Shown here in pieces: positions 46,197-53,861 of a stretch of 64,000 nucleotides of DNA (within the stretch, counting starts at the first letter, position 1; every line of letters begins with the position of its first letter). Position numbers and translations under genes: made by a program. The notes below the pieces were generated by a model that worked only from the letters and a program-made list of their open reading frames with translations, was not told the DNA's origin and ran no database searches. The stretch lies in NCBI GenBank assembly GCA_034003325.1, contig JAVEYW010000002.1, forward strand, positions 315,662 through 379,661, read 5' to 3'. The stretch is from Desulfobacterales bacterium (GTDB lineage Bacteria > Desulfobacterota > Desulfobacteria > Desulfobacterales > JAFDDL01).

Positions 46197-48284
46197 ATGA
46201 ACGAACTTGACCAGAAAATAAACAAACACTTTCAAGGCCTTGTTGTTCGAAAAGATCTCGTCAAGACCGTCAAGGGCAACGCCATTGTTCCCTCCTACGT
46301 GCTTGAATATCTGCTGGGGCAATATTGCGCGACCAGCGACGAGGCTTCAATTGCGACAGGTATCGAGACCGTCAAGGAGATCCTGCGCAAGCACTATGTG
46401 CATCGAAACGAAGCGGGCCTGGTCCGTTCCAATATTAAGGAAAAGGGGCGCTATAAGGTCATTGACAAGATTAGCGTCGTGTTGAATGACAAGACGGATG
46501 CTTACGAGGCGGAGTTTTCCAATCTTGGTATCAAAAAGGTGCTGGTAGATTCCGGGACAGTGAAAGCGCACCCCAAGCTCTTGGTCAGCGGCGTCTGGTG
46601 CATCGCCGATATCGAATACGAGTTCACCGAGGAAAAAAATGCCACCCCCTGGATTTTATCAACGCTAAAACCGATCCAGCTGTCTCACTTTGATTTTGAT
46701 GGCTATGTTGAAGCCAGGAAACAATTTAACACCGACGAGTGGATCGATCTTTTGATCCAGAGCATCGGTTTCAACCCGGAGATGTTTGGCCGGCGGAGCA
46801 AGCTTTTGCAACTGATCCGGCTCATCCCCTTCTGCGAGCGCAACTACAACCTGATCGAACTCGGCCCCAAGGGGACGGGGAAATCCCATATCTATTCGGA
46901 GTTTTCACCCCACGGCATTCTGCTCTCCGGCGGTGAGGTAACCGTTCCCAAGCTATTTGTAAATAACGCCTCCGGTAAGATCGGCCTTGTCGGCTACTGG
47001 GATGCAGTCGCCTTCGATGAGTTCGCTGGGAAACAAAAGAAGGTGGATAAGGCGCTTGTGGATATCCTGAAAAATTACATGGCCAATAAGTCCTTCTCAA
47101 GGGGCGTTGAAACCCTCGGCGCGGAGGCATCCATGGTTTTTGTCGGGAATACCCGGCACACCGTGCCTTACATGCTCAAGCATTCAGATCTGTTCGACGA
47201 GCTGCCCGAAAAGTTCTATGACTCCGCATTCCTTGACCGTATTCATTTTTACATTCCCGGCTGGGAAGTGGATATCATCCGTGGCGAGATGTTTTCCAAT
47301 GGCTATGGTTTTGTGGTGGATTACCTTGCGGAGATCCTCCGGTCTCTGCGCAACCACGATTATTCGGACCGTTACAAAGAGCACTTTTCGCTTTCCACCG
47401 ATATCTCGACCCGCGACCGGGACGGTATCCATAAAACGTTTTCAGGCCTGATGAAGATCCTTTTCCCGGATGGAGGCGCATCCAAGGAGGAGATCGAGGA
47501 ACTGCTGAAGTTCGCCATTGAAGGCCGAAAGCGCATCAAAGATCAATTGCTGCGAATAGATACCACTTACCCAAGGGTGAAATTTGCCTATTTGGATACC
47601 ACGGGAAAAACCCGGCTGGTGAAAACACTCGAAGAAGAGGAGTATCCCCATTGCTACCACAAGACCGTTGCTGAAGAGGAAGCCGGAGCAACTGATACCG
47701 ACATCGATTCCCAAGAAATTCCAGATTCCCCACACGGAGATTCTTCCGATGCCCAACCTGCCGTCAAGGAACAACATCTGACTTTCCAGGAAAACCAGAG
47801 GGGCATCTCTTTTGACACCTTGCTTGGCCCATATCTGCGCGGCGCAAGCCGGATTACCATGACAGACCCCTATATCCGCCTGTTTTATCAAATGCGTAAC
47901 TTCATGGAATTCCTTGAAACAGTCGCAAAAAACAAGCCCAAGGACGAAGAGGTCACTGTTCACCTGGTAACAACAGAAGACGAGTTCAAAGGGGCACAAC
48001 AGAAAGAAAATTTCGAGAAGATAAAGGAATCCTGCGGCGCCGTTGGTATTGACTTTACCTGGGAATTTGACGCAACCGGGACTATTCACGCTCGCCACAT
48101 CGTGACCGATCATGGATGGAAGATCCTTCTGGATCGAGGCCTGGATATCTTCCAGCACTATGAGATGAACGATGCCTTCACTTTTGCCAACCGCCTTCAG
48201 CAATATCGGTCTTGTAAGGCCTTCGAGGCTACATTTATTAAAAATGAAATCTGTTCACATAGCACTGCTGCGGCAAAATCATGA
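46197..48284 (+). CDS. brxL: BrxL-family ATPase (Lon_2-type N-terminal + AAA core) with non-canonical C-terminal MIT_C/PLD-fold domain
   Basis: The N-terminus 'MNELDQKINKHFQGLVVRKDLVKTVKGNAIVPSYVLEYLLGQY' and the Walker A 'GPKGTGKSH' with 'WDAVAFDEFAG' are BrxL-like. The last ~170 aa, 'GISFDTLLGPYL...TDPYIRLFYQMRNFMEFLE...VHLVTT...IHARHIVTDHGWKILLDRGLDIF', align by eye with the MITD1 C-terminal domain. Confidence 0.8.
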   Translation: MNELDQKINKHFQGLVVRKDLVKTVKGNAIVPSYVLEYLLGQYCATSDEASIATGIETVKEILRKHYVHRNEAGLVRSNIKEKGRYKVIDKISVVLNDKTDAYEAEFSNLGIKKVLVDSGTVKAHPKLLVSGVWCIADIEYEFTEEKNATPWILSTLKPIQLSHFDFDGYVEARKQFNTDEWIDLLIQSIGFNPEMFGRRSKLLQLIRLIPFCERNYNLIELGPKGTGKSHIYSEFSPHGILLSGGEVTVPKLFVNNASGKIGLVGYWDAVAFDEFAGKQKKVDKALVDILKNYMANKSFSRGVETLGAEASMVFVGNTRHTVPYMLKHSDLFDELPEKFYDSAFLDRIHFYIPGWEVDIIRGEMFSNGYGFVVDYLAEILRSLRNHDYSDRYKEHFSLSTDISTRDRDGIHKTFSGLMKILFPDGGASKEEIEELLKFAIEGRKRIKDQLLRIDTTYPRVKFAYLDTTGKTRLVKTLEEEEYPHCYHKTVAEEEAGATDTDIDSQEIPDSPHGDSSDAQPAVKEQHLTFQENQRGISFDTLLGPYLRGASRITMTDPYIRLFYQMRNFMEFLETVAKNKPKDEEVTVHLVTTEDEFKGAQQKENFEKIKESCGAVGIDFTWEFDATGTIHARHIVTDHGWKILLDRGLDIFQHYEMNDAFTFANRLQQYRSCKAFEATFIKNEICSHSTAAAKS

Positions 48285-48347
48285 TTATTCATTTTGAATG
48301 ACACCAATGCTGAATCGGAAATTCCACTTCGATAATAAGGATAGAAT

Positions 48348-50006
48348 ATGAGAAAAGAGACATTACCCGTTCCATTTCCAAGATCGTACTGGGTTATCCC
48401 TGGCGTATTCATGGCCGGAGAATTTCCAGGTGCGCAAAGCCAGATTGAGGCAGACCATAAGCTTATCAAACTGATTGATTGCGGAATTCAGCACATCATT
48501 TGTTTGATGCAGCCGGATGAAACCGATCATAGTGGAAATCCCTTTAACGAATATGAAGATAGTGTCTTAAGGTTAGCAGAAAAGAAAAAAGTGACCGTGT
48601 CCTGTTTCAGGTTTCCCATAGCCGATCAGAATGTGCCAGGGGAATCTGAAATGAAGGTAATTCTTGATGCTATCACAATCAGCATCGAAAACCGGAAACC
48701 CGTCTACGTTCATTGTTGGGGCGGCATCGGTCGTACAGGCACAGTAGTAGGCTGTTTTTTATTGAAAAACGGGCTCGCTACTTCCGGCGATGTATTGCAA
48801 ACCATAGCCGATTTGCGAAAAGACGATCCGAAGAAACACCGAATCTCCCCCGAAACGGATGCCCAGCGAAAATATGTTAAATCTTGGCTCGATAGAGATA
48901 ATGGGCAACCAACAAACCTTTCGCGGACCATTGGGTGCATGTTGGGTGGCGCCGTCGGAGACGCATTGGGCGCCCCTGTTGAGTTTATGAAACGAGAGGA
49001 TATCCTGCGTCGTTTTGGGCCGGATGGAATTACCAGCTACGCACCGGCTTACGGAGGCTTGGGCACCATTACCGACGATACCCAGATGACGCTTTTTACC
49101 GCAGAAGGTTTAATTCGAGGTGATGTCCGAGGCCGCCACAAGGGCATTACGACGTACACAGGCATGACCGAAAACGCTTACCAGCGCTGGCTTTACACTC
49201 AAGGGGAGCGGTCTGCTAAATATATCGATATTAGCGGTGAAGGAGCGGGATGGCTGATCCAGCAACAGGCTTTGCACAACCGCCGGGCACCGGGGAACAC
49301 CTGCATTTCAGCTCTTAAGGAGATGTCGAAAACCGATAAACCAGCCCGTAATAACAGCAAGGGATGTGGCGGGGTGATGCGGATGGCGCCGGCCGGATTG
49401 TTTCACTGGCGCCTGAAAAACTACCATTCACCGCAGGAAACCTTCCAACTCGGAAAGGAACTGGCAGCGCTAACTCACGGTCACCCTACCGGAGCGCTTA
49501 CTGGTGGGGTGCTGGCTATTCTGATCTTAGCGCTGGCAGATGGTGCGACACTACCGGACGCTCTTTCATTGGCTAAAACCTTATTACGTCAGGAACGCCA
49601 GCATGAAGAAACGCTGTTGGCCATACAGCTTGCCGAAGAATATTCGAAGGCTGACATGCCCCATGAAGTTGCTATTTCTAAAATCGGCTTGGGATGGATC
49701 GCCGAAGAAGCGCTTGCCATCTCGATTTATTGTGCTCTCGTTGCCCGCGATTTTCGGGATGGTATCATTCTGGCGGTGAATCACGATGGTGATTCAGACT
49801 CGACGGGTTCGATTACTGGCGATCTTCTTGGCACTGTTTATGGCGCAAATGCCATTCCGCATGAATGGCTAGAGCCTCTTGAGTTAAGGGCGGTGATAAC
49901 CGAGTTGGCCCAAGATCTGTATGTTTTTCGCAACTGGAATATTGGCGAGTACTCAAATAACGAGGAATTAAACAAGTACATCTGGGAAAAATATCCTGGA
50001 TACTAA
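48348..50006 (+). CDS. fusion protein: CX5R (dual-specificity/PTP-like) phosphatase domain + ADP-ribosylglycohydrolase (ARH/DraG family) domain
   Basis: The N-terminal ~185 aa carry the P-loop 'VHCWGGIGRTGTVVG'. The C-terminal ~360 aa read 'GCMLGGAVGDALGAPVEF...TITDDTQMTLFTAEGL...GCGGVMRMAP...HGHPTG...AVNHDGDSDSTGSITGDLLG', the typical ARH metal-binding signatures. Confidence 0.85.
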   Translation: MRKETLPVPFPRSYWVIPGVFMAGEFPGAQSQIEADHKLIKLIDCGIQHIICLMQPDETDHSGNPFNEYEDSVLRLAEKKKVTVSCFRFPIADQNVPGESEMKVILDAITISIENRKPVYVHCWGGIGRTGTVVGCFLLKNGLATSGDVLQTIADLRKDDPKKHRISPETDAQRKYVKSWLDRDNGQPTNLSRTIGCMLGGAVGDALGAPVEFMKREDILRRFGPDGITSYAPAYGGLGTITDDTQMTLFTAEGLIRGDVRGRHKGITTYTGMTENAYQRWLYTQGERSAKYIDISGEGAGWLIQQQALHNRRAPGNTCISALKEMSKTDKPARNNSKGCGGVMRMAPAGLFHWRLKNYHSPQETFQLGKELAALTHGHPTGALTGGVLAILILALADGATLPDALSLAKTLLRQERQHEETLLAIQLAEEYSKADMPHEVAISKIGLGWIAEEALAISIYCALVARDFRDGIILAVNHDGDSDSTGSITGDLLGTVYGANAIPHEWLEPLELRAVITELAQDLYVFRNWNIGEYSNNEELNKYIWEKYPGY

Positions 50007-50059
50007 AGGGGAAATATGGCTCCTGTATTTCAGCGGCCATATTTGATCAAGGTGCCTTG

Positions 50060-50761
50060 ATGTCAATTTTTTCTTCTATAAAAGGTTTCGATGGCGAGTT
50101 AACTGGGTGGTTGTCCAAAAAACTGTTTCTCGATAGTGAAATTTATAAAGATTTTAACAACGTCACCATTAATACAAACAGTGGCACCACGCAAATTGAT
50201 CAGATAATCGTTTCCAAATTCGGGATTTTTGTCATTGAGGTTAAAAATTTAAAAGGTTGGATTTTTGGGGATGAAAAAGCTGCAAAATGGACACAAGCCC
50301 TTAATGGGAAAAAATATCAGTTCCAGAATCCATTGCGGCAGAATTTCAGACACACAAAAGCGTTATCTGCGTTTCTTGGTATAGACCACTCCAAGATTTA
50401 TTCCGTGGTGATGTTTTGGGGAGAGTGTGAATTCAAGACACCTATGCCGGAAAATGTCATGATGCGCGGCTGGACCAAGTATGTTAAATCCAAGTCGAAG
50501 ATAATGTTCACAGATGATGAAGTCGTCCAAATCGGTGAAGCTATCATGACCGGCCGTCTCCCAGCGACCTGGAACACAAAAAAGGCTCACCTTCAATCAC
50601 TGAAGGAGAGACACCAAGACGATGGCGTTTGCCCTAAATGCGGCCGTGGTCTCGTTTTGAGAACCGTTAGAAAAGGCCCCGAAATTGGAAGTCAGTTTTA
50701 CGGATGTTCAGGATTTCCTCAGTGCCATTTCACAAAAGCCGCCAAAATTGCAAACGGATGA
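50060..50761 (+). CDS. NERD-domain protein with C-terminal topoisomerase-type C4 zinc finger
   Basis: 'QIDQIIVSKFGIFVIEVKNLKGWIFGDEKAAKWTQ...QFQNPLRQNFRHTKAL' is NERD, and 'CPKCGRGLVLRTVRKGPEIGSQFYGCSGFPQCHF' is zf-C4_Topoisom-like. The gene is markedly AT-rich. Confidence 0.8.
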   Translation: MSIFSSIKGFDGELTGWLSKKLFLDSEIYKDFNNVTINTNSGTTQIDQIIVSKFGIFVIEVKNLKGWIFGDEKAAKWTQALNGKKYQFQNPLRQNFRHTKALSAFLGIDHSKIYSVVMFWGECEFKTPMPENVMMRGWTKYVKSKSKIMFTDDEVVQIGEAIMTGRLPATWNTKKAHLQSLKERHQDDGVCPKCGRGLVLRTVRKGPEIGSQFYGCSGFPQCHFTKAAKIANG

Positions 50762-51239
50762 AGTCGAGTTTTGGTATCTGATGAAGATCACAGCCTGACC
50801 CAACTCTGCGATAAGAGAATAATATGGTGTGATATTGGAATGTTGTAAACTCCATTTGCCAATCCATTTTGATTGATCACAATATATTGAAATGCTCTGC
50901 GGGCAGTCCTAATTCCAGGCAATTGCAAAGTAAAACCGGTTTTTCACCTATCCGATTTTCTTGTTATAATCTCAATGTACGGCAAATATGCACCACCAAC
51001 TCAAAGGCCCTTTATGTTCGTGACAAGCGGAAGAAAAAATAGATTGAAAATTCTAACAATACAAATGCTGCCAAATTGTAAAATCGCAGCTGATTTTTGC
51101 CATTCGGCGGATTGCGATCACCCGCAAATTCCTGCTCCAGGAGAAACTCATGACAAGAAGAAACCAAAACGCAAACCGACCGCGGGGCCTTCCCGGCCCG
51201 TCGCACAGCGACATGGACGAAACGGAATATGACCGGGAA

Positions 51240-52319
51240 ATGACCGGGACGCATCTATTCAGATCGCTGAGTATCCGCGCTGTCACCTTTCGTAATCGCA
51301 TCGTCATGTCGCCCATGTGCCAGTACAGTGCCGAAGAGGGGTTGGCAAACGACTGGCACCTTGTTCATCTCGGCAGCCGAGCGGTCGGTGGGGCCGCACT
51401 AGTGATGGTGGAAGCGACCGCCGTAACTCGCGATGGCCGCATCTCTCCCGGTGACCTGGGCATTTGGGACGACAAACATGTTGAGCCGCTGGCCCGGATT
51501 GCCCGTTTTATCCACTCCCAGGGTGCCGTCGCCGGCATTCAATTGGCTCATGCCGGGCGAAAGGCAAGTTGCGAGCGGCCGTTCTTGGGCGGTGCCAGCC
51601 TCAAAACGCCTGAAAGCGGCGGCTGGACCGTTATCGGCCCCAGCCCGCTTCCGTTTGCCGATGGCTATCCGGTCCCGGTGGAACTCGATGAGGTAGGGAT
51701 CGACGGCATTGTTGCCGCCTTTGAGACAGCCGCTCGCAGAGCACTCAATGCAGGGTTCCGGGTGATCGAGATTCACGCAGCCCACGGTTACCTGTTACAT
51801 GAATTCTTGTCCCCTCTGAGCAACCATCGGGCAGATCGATATGGTGGGAGTCTGGAGAATCGAATGCGACTGCCCTTGCGGGTCGCCGAGCGCCTTCGCA
51901 ACGTGATGCCCGATGCTCTGCCGCTGTTCATGCGTATCTCGGCGACCGACTGGGTGGACGGCGGCTGGGATATTGAGCAGTCAGTCGTGTTCGCTCGTCA
52001 CGCGAAAAACCTCGGGGTTGACCTGATCGATGTCTCTTCCGGGGCATTGGTCCCGAATGCGCAAGTCCCGGTGGCAAGGGGTTATCAGATTCCGCTATCC
52101 CGCCGAATTCGCGACGGGGCGAATATCAGGACGGGCGGTGTTGGGTTGATCACCGAAGCTTATCATGCCGATGAGATCTTGACTGGCGGAGATGCTGACA
52201 TGGTGTTCATCGGCCGTGAGTTGTTGCGAGAGCCCTACTGGGCTCTAAAGGCTCAACACGAACTGGGGGAGGAGCCGATTTGGCCGCCTCCTTACGGGTA
52301 CGCAGTCAAGAGGAAATAG
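51240..52319 (+). CDS. namA: NADH:flavin oxidoreductase / NADPH dehydrogenase (Old Yellow Enzyme family, NamA-like)
   Basis: Translation shows 'LFRSLSIRAVTFRNRIVMSPMCQYS', 'HLGSRAVGGAALVMVEATAV', 'IQLAHAGRKAS', 'IEIHAAHGYLLHEFLSPLSNHRADRYGGSLENR'. The track ORF starts earlier, at 51150. Confidence 0.9.
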   Translation: MTGTHLFRSLSIRAVTFRNRIVMSPMCQYSAEEGLANDWHLVHLGSRAVGGAALVMVEATAVTRDGRISPGDLGIWDDKHVEPLARIARFIHSQGAVAGIQLAHAGRKASCERPFLGGASLKTPESGGWTVIGPSPLPFADGYPVPVELDEVGIDGIVAAFETAARRALNAGFRVIEIHAAHGYLLHEFLSPLSNHRADRYGGSLENRMRLPLRVAERLRNVMPDALPLFMRISATDWVDGGWDIEQSVVFARHAKNLGVDLIDVSSGALVPNAQVPVARGYQIPLSRRIRDGANIRTGGVGLITEAYHADEILTGGDADMVFIGRELLREPYWALKAQHELGEEPIWPPPYGYAVKRK

Positions 52320-53078
52320 AGCAGGGGCGAATTCAAACGCCCAATCCCAATGCCGCAAGCCCGGTTCACGGCTTTTCAGTCCAAAAACGGAGATGGAGAT
52401 AGGGTTGATGGGTCACAGCTACATTCCAGCCCTTTGATATGATAATAATTTCAAAAAGAAAGCCTACAATTTAAAATCCGGAGTAATGGTGTTATCCGCT
52501 CTCTGCCCGGATTGGCCGGCGGATCGGCAGAAACATTTGACGAGGGTATTGGATGATTTGCGGCGGCAAATTAAACATAGGCCGGCTTTCCATCAGGGGC
52601 ATTTGGGTATGAACGGATTTTCGTCCTGACCGTGGTGTCATATTTTTAGCAATGGTAACCAGTGGCAGCCCGATAAATAAAATTATCAAATACGCCGGAA
52701 CGGTTAATTCTGAAAAAATTGATGATGGTGCTCTTAACGATGGTTGCTCTTAATTGACTTTCACCTACCATTCGGTTAATTTTGAATCAAGAAGGCTGCG
52801 ATTCGCATCTATCCCCGGTAAACTAAGGCCGGTAAGATTATGCGCGATTGCGGCCTTTGTTATTTCTATGTCGGAAATGAAAGTGAGATGAAGTGCTCTG
52901 TGTGTATTCTCAGCCAGACCTTTCCTTCCGACAACCTATTTGCCGCCCCATGCCATTTCAAAGGAAAGGTGGCCGGCATGAATATCATAAAAGGATGATC
53001 TGATTTGCGGCCTTGCCTCGCTGATTGATTCCGGCTTGCCTGCCCTGAGCGCATCCTTCCCGGTAATCCGGTAATCGG

Positions 53079-53285
53079 TTATCCCTGGCAGATCTCCGCT
53101 CTTACTATTTCGTCCGCCTCGTAATCCCTCAGGCCGCTTTCCATCAACTGGTTTTTCCGCTCCTGCGCCTGTCTGCTCCTTTCCAGACAATGGCGTTCCA
53201 GGTCCTTTGCAACCTTCAGTTCCTTGTAAAATTTCTTGTCTCGATTCTTCAGATATTCCTTCCTCAATTCGGCGAATCTGTCCAT
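53079..53285 (-). CDS. small TnpV-like protein (68 aa), mobile-element associated
   Basis: 'MDRFAELRKEYLKNRDKKFYKELKVAKDLERHCLERSRQAQERKNQLME' resembles the central region of transposon protein TnpV ('R..YLKEHRP.LY..L..SGKL..HL......AQER'). It has an RBS (aaaaaggaggatagcc). Confidence 0.4.
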   Translation of the reverse strand: MDRFAELRKEYLKNRDKKFYKELKVAKDLERHCLERSRQAQERKNQLMESGLRDYEADEIVRAEICQG

Positions 53286-53523
53286 GGGCTATCCTCCTTT
53301 TTTTAATCAGGGGTCTTGATCAGGCTATCCGGCCTGGGCACGGGGTGTCAAGCTGGATTGTTTGGGGAAGGTTGTGGGTACGGGTTCAGGTCATGGTCCG
53401 GAGAGTGATCGGAAGAAAGTGGGGTTGAAGCGTTTTTTTAGGCGTGGGTGATGTCGCACGGTTAATCCACCCGAAAAGGATGTTTCTTTGCAGCAGGTTG
53501 GAAATTTGGTTGGAAAAGGATTT

Positions 53524-53557
53524 TCACCCAAAGAAAAAGGGGCTAAGATTTTCATCT
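53524..53557 (+). repeat. right direct repeat (attR candidate)
   Basis: TCACCCAAAGAAAAAGGGGCTAAGATTTTCATCT matches 29232-29266. Confidence 0.8.
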
Positions 53558-53575
53558 TAACCCCTTGATTTTTTT
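53530..53575. terminator. bidirectional rho-independent terminator downstream of tRNA-Asp
   Basis: The stem GGGGCTAAGAT (53539-53549) pairs with ATCTTAACCCC (53554-53564) over 11 bp with one C.A mismatch, around the loop TTTC. T-runs lie on both strands: ttgaTTTTTTT on plus, and the minus-strand reading of AAAGAAAAA. Confidence 0.7.
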
Positions 53576-53576
53576 G

Positions 53577-53654
53577 TGGCGGGGACGGCGAGACTTGAAC
53601 TCGTGACCTCTGGCTTGACAGGCCAGCGCTCTAACCAAACTGAGCTACGCCCCC
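53577..53654 (-). tRNA. tRNA-Asp (anticodon GUC), CCA encoded
   Basis: Hand-folded cloverleaf: GGGGGCG-TA-GCTC-AGTTTGGTTA-GAGC-G-CTGGC-CTGTCAA-GCCAG-AGGTC-ACGAG-TTCAAGT-CTCGC-CGTCCCC-G-CCA. Confidence 0.9.
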
Positions 53655-53698
53655 TTATTTAAAATGGGATAACAGAAAGTTGCCCTGTCGCGTTCATA

Positions 53699-53774
53699 TG
53701 GTAGGCGGAACAGGGCTTGAACCTGTGACCCTCGGCTTGTAAGGCCGATGCTCTCCCAACTGAGCTACCCGCCC
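53699..53774 (-). tRNA. tRNA-Val (anticodon UAC), CCA encoded
   Basis: Hand-folded: GGGCGGG-TA-GCTC-AGTTGGGA-GAGC-A-TCGGC-CTTACAA-GCCGA-GGGTC-ACAGG-TTCAAGC-CCTGT-TCCGCCT-A-CCA. The acceptor stem has two G.U pairs. Confidence 0.85.
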
Positions 53775-53861
53775 ACAAATCTTCTCCTTCGGGAAGGAAA
53801 CGTCTGACTACCAGTAATAAGTAAGCATGTCAAGCAAAAAAAGCAAAAAAGCGCTACGATG

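Larger units (their letters stand above)
29232..53557. mobile_element. ~24.3 kb genomic (defence) island bounded by direct repeats, adjacent to tRNA-Asp
   Basis: The island is bounded by direct repeats at 29232-29266 and 53524-53557, with an integrase remnant at the left end. It holds phage/ICE-like remnants, TA and BREX cargo, and is visibly mosaic in GC content. Confidence 0.75.
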
